Below, one piece after another: positions 61,083-64,000 of a stretch of 64,000 nt of DNA. Source of the stretch: Nitrospirota bacterium (lineage in GTDB: Bacteria > Nitrospirota > Nitrospiria > Nitrospirales > Nitrospiraceae). The notes beneath the pieces were generated by a model that saw nothing but the letters and a program-made list of their open reading frames with translations, was not told where the DNA came from and ran no database searches. Position 1 is the first letter of the stretch. Each line of letters starts with the position of its first letter. The position numbers were made by a program, and so were the translations under genes. The stretch lies in assembly GCA_963701855.1 (NCBI GenBank), contig CAVPBK010000014.1:53719-117718 (forward strand). The letters run 5' to 3'.

Positions 61083-61543
61083 TTACGCTGCCAGTTTACC
61101 CGTCGGCAGCATCACGGCATACGCCTCATCCGGTGTTTGCCGGTCCAGGCTCGAATGGGGTCTCGCTCGGTTGTACCAATCCAAGTATTGCATAATCGAC
61201 GGCCTGGCTTCAGTGACGGAGTCATAGGCCTGTAGATACCCCCGCTCATATTTCACCGATTTCCACAAACGCTCGACGAACACATTATCCCTCCAGGCTC
61301 CGCGCCCGTCCATGCTGAAGTGACACCCGCGATCCTTGACCGCGTGCACGAACGCCTGCGCGGTGAACTGACTGCCCTGATCAGTATTCACAATCTCAGG
61401 TGTCCCATGCCGTGTGAACGCCTCGTGCAGCACCGCAACGGCATGGCAGGTCTCCAACGTGATCGCGACCGTCGAGGCTAAAACCTTGCGGCTGGCCCAA
61501 TCTACCACCGCAGTCAGGTAGACAAACCCTTTGGCCATGGGAA
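61083..61543 (-). CDS. IS3 transposase OrfB, 3' exon
   Basis: DDE core motifs DQGSQF and DNVFVER; YN..RPHSSL. Confidence 0.9.
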
Positions 61544-63837
61544 GTGGAGTGAGAGACCGGGCGTAGTCGAACTATCTCCCAGCCTCTCCTCCCCGAACCG
61601 GACTTGCACCTCTCAGCGCATCCGGCTCTCCATTCAAGCGTTGCTTAACGCAAAGGCAATGTCAGCGTAGCGCGATTCGAGGAACGTGCGATGCTCGTCG
61701 CGTATAAGGTACGGGTTCCCTTCCGGGTTCCGCCACCTGAACTGACCTTTGCGGCTGGTGACAAGGCGCCGAAGCGCCTGTTCGCCATACCACCCACGAC
61801 TATTCTGTCCCTTCAGTACCCAAGTGGTGGCGCGCCCCGGTTCTGGTGCCCGGACGTGTTCGCGCATCAGGCTCGGGAATCCTCGCCGATACTTGCGCGC
61901 GAGCCAATGTCCGAGCTTCCAGAAGACGGTCCGGTCCACTCGGCTAAAGACGGTCGCCGTATAGTCGGTGTATTGATAGAAGTTCGCCCACCCCGAGAGT
62001 TTCCGGTTCAGGCTTTCCATCAGGTCCATTCTGTTCACGCTGTAATTGCCAGACAGTTCCTTGACCAGCTTGTCCGTGAAGCCTCGGTACTTCTCCCATG
62101 GAATCGTCGTGACAGGTCGCAGATGACCTCGTGGTCCCCGCTTGCGAATGATGCGGTGGCCGAGGAAGACAAAGCCGTCGTTCACGTGGGTGATATGGGT
62201 CTTCTCCATATTCATCGTGAGTGTGAGCTTCCCTTCCAGAAACGTCCGGCACGCTTCGCGTATCGCCTCGGCATGCGCGTGGGTTCCTTTGACGACCACG
62301 ACGAAATCATCCGCGTAGCGGCAGTAGGATACGGCTGGTTTCCACTGCCGGTTCTCTCGCGCAACAATCGGTCGCTGCTTGAGAATTCCGAAGTTCCACG
62401 CCCATCGATCCTTGCGCACCTTCTTGCTCAGGTAGTTCGCTTCCATCCAGCCATCGAATTCATGCAACATGATGTTGGAGAGCAGCGGAGAGATGACTCC
62501 CCCTTGCGGAACGCCTTCGCTCGCGGCGCAAAATAGACCCCGATCAACACAGCCTGCTTTGATAAACTTCCACAGCAGGGCAAGGAAGCGCTGATCAGCG
62601 ATACGTGTGCGGACGCCTTTCAGCAGCAGGCGGTGATGGACGGTCTCAAAGTAGCTGGCCAGGTCGCCCTCTATCACCCAGCGACCTGCCGTTCTTTGCT
62701 CATCACTTTCCTGCAGCTGCAATTTGACCGTTCGTATCGCATGGTGCACACTCCGGGCGGGCCTGAAACCATAGGACGCTCGATGGAAATCACTCTCCCA
62801 TATCGGCTCCATGGCCATCAGCATCGCTCTCTGGACCACTCGATCCCGCAGACTGGGGATACCTAAAGGCCTCAACTTGCCGTTCGCTTTCGGTATGTAC
62901 ACGCGCCGTGCGGGTCGCGGCTTGTAGCAGCCCGCTAACAGCTCGGCACGCATCGTCGCCAGTTCCTGGTGAAGGTTTCCCGTCATCATGGCCTTGTCGA
63001 CCCCATCGACGCCCGGCGTTCTCGCACCACTGGATGCTAACGTGATGCGCGCGGCTTCGGCCAGCCAAGCGCTATCCGCAATCAGTCTCAGGAGCCGATC
63101 GAACTTGCGTTCGGTGTTCTCCGTTGACCACTTCGCCAGCTTGCGTTGCATTTCACTGATTATCAAAGGTCTTCACCTCATTGTGGTCAGTTAATCCGCC
63201 ACACAAGCCACTCAAACTGCCCCCCTTCGCCATGTGGCCGGCTTTCCCGGCCTCGGACTACTACGAGGGCTCCGTCAACGTGTACCGCATCAGGGGACAC
63301 ACTCCCTTGTCATCGGTCATCGGTACACGCCTTCCCCAGTTCACATGCTGGACTTCACACACGGGCGAGGTTACCTATCGCAGTCTTTCTCCTTGCGTTC
63401 CGCAAGTCGTCGCGGCTGTCACAGTCTAGCTACGCGCTCTCCGTGACTCCCTGCTGGCCAGCGTACATATCCAGCCCGCATTCGCCGTGCCAGTCCATAC
63501 GTATGACGGGCACGGATCCGCGTCCTGCCTGGTAAGCGGTGTAGGCAGGGGTGACACTTCAACCCTCAGATGCGTGTTAATAGGTTTGTGTTCCTCAACC
63601 GTCCCGTGCTCAGCCTGGAGGCGCATCTTGGCGTAACCGCTTCGCCGCACGCCCCGTTTCCCGCGGACTTCGTCACCTTGCCAGTGTCCGGCAAGTCACC
63701 GCCGCTTCGGCTCACTCCTTCTCGTAGCAGAAGGAGGGCATGCTCGTGGCTGCTACGGCAACTCCATCGAGCTATGCATTCCAGACATGCTCAAGCAACT
63801 CACCCCCAGACAGGCGGGCTTCGTTGGCTGGGCGTAC
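61544..63837 (-). ncRNA. group II intron (2294 nt)
   Basis: 5' GTACG, 3' ..CTCCAC; domain V GAGCCGGATGCGCTGAGAGGTGCAAGTCCGGTTC; removal restores TAT-ATT-CCC-ATG (YIPM). Confidence 0.92.
61634..63166 (-). CDS. ltrA: group II intron reverse transcriptase/maturase without HNH endonuclease domain
   Basis: TPGVDG, RPLGIP..DR, SYGFRP, GVPQGG..SPLLSNI, RYADDF, FLG, domain X. Confidence 0.95.
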   Translation of the reverse strand: MIISEMQRKLAKWSTENTERKFDRLLRLIADSAWLAEAARITLASSGARTPGVDGVDKAMMTGNLHQELATMRAELLAGCYKPRPARRVYIPKANGKLRPLGIPSLRDRVVQRAMLMAMEPIWESDFHRASYGFRPARSVHHAIRTVKLQLQESDEQRTAGRWVIEGDLASYFETVHHRLLLKGVRTRIADQRFLALLWKFIKAGCVDRGLFCAASEGVPQGGVISPLLSNIMLHEFDGWMEANYLSKKVRKDRWAWNFGILKQRPIVARENRQWKPAVSYCRYADDFVVVVKGTHAHAEAIREACRTFLEGKLTLTMNMEKTHITHVNDGFVFLGHRIIRKRGPRGHLRPVTTIPWEKYRGFTDKLVKELSGNYSVNRMDLMESLNRKLSGWANFYQYTDYTATVFSRVDRTVFWKLGHWLARKYRRGFPSLMREHVRAPEPGRATTWVLKGQNSRGWYGEQALRRLVTSRKGQFRWRNPEGNPYLIRDEHRTFLESRYADIAFALSNA

Positions 63838-64000
63838 TATACGTCGTGTCGAGCGCCCACACCTGGTTCGCCCGGTTGATGGTGAGCCCGCGCAACAGAT
63901 AGGGATACACGTCATGGCCGGGGTGTTTCTTGCTGGTGCCCGGCTTTCGGTAGAGCGTCGCCATGCCCATGCGCTTCATCAACGTGCCCACGTGTTTTCG
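63838..64000 (-). CDS. IS3 transposase OrfB, 5' exon (partial)
   Basis: LMKRMG...YRKP.TS....H..YPYLLRGL.I.R.NQVWALDTTY. Confidence 0.88.

Larger units (their letters stand above)
61020..64000 (-). mobile_element. IS3-family insertion sequence interrupted by a group II intron; continues beyond the window
   Basis: OrfB halves (..NQVWALDTTY | IPMAKGFVYL..NTDQGSQF..DNVFVERLW); probable terminal IR TAGAAGTGGCCCC near 61020. Confidence 0.9.

Noticed and set aside
61634..63166. Reverse transcriptase as a retron, DGR or defence RT
   Set aside because: Domain V/VI RNA, domain X and clean exon rejoining identify a group II intron

Overview
Bacterial chromosomal window that I infer to be from a Nitrospira-like organism, based on gene content and intergenic repeat style. 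Positions ~1-49,300 are mostly core genes. They include an FHA/PP2C/Ser-Thr kinase module, a folB-methyltransferase fusion, Moco genes with a MoaD-MoaE fusion, accD-folC-lptD-trxA-recN, and a four-gene sigma54/c-di-GMP signalling cluster headed by a 1395-aa REC-PAS-pseudoHK-2xPilZ-LuxD-like-methyltransferase protein. They also include a secreted PHM-like copper monooxygenase candidate, bioA, and lepA-lepB-rfaE1-kdsB-pyrG-kdsA-kdsD-pgsA-plsY. Two small accessory patches interrupt the core: one at 7.1-10 kb with an EVE-nuclease, and one at 37-37.9 kb with two integron attC sites and no integrase. From ~49.4 kb the window is a mobile hotspot around tRNA-Arg(ACG). It holds a decayed integrase/toxin-antitoxin island, a satellite-like element whose integrase reads into the 5' end of the tRNA, and an IS3 element split by a complete group II intron. 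Three single-base frameshifts may be real decay or assembly errors. All calls come from reading motifs by eye; no searches were run.
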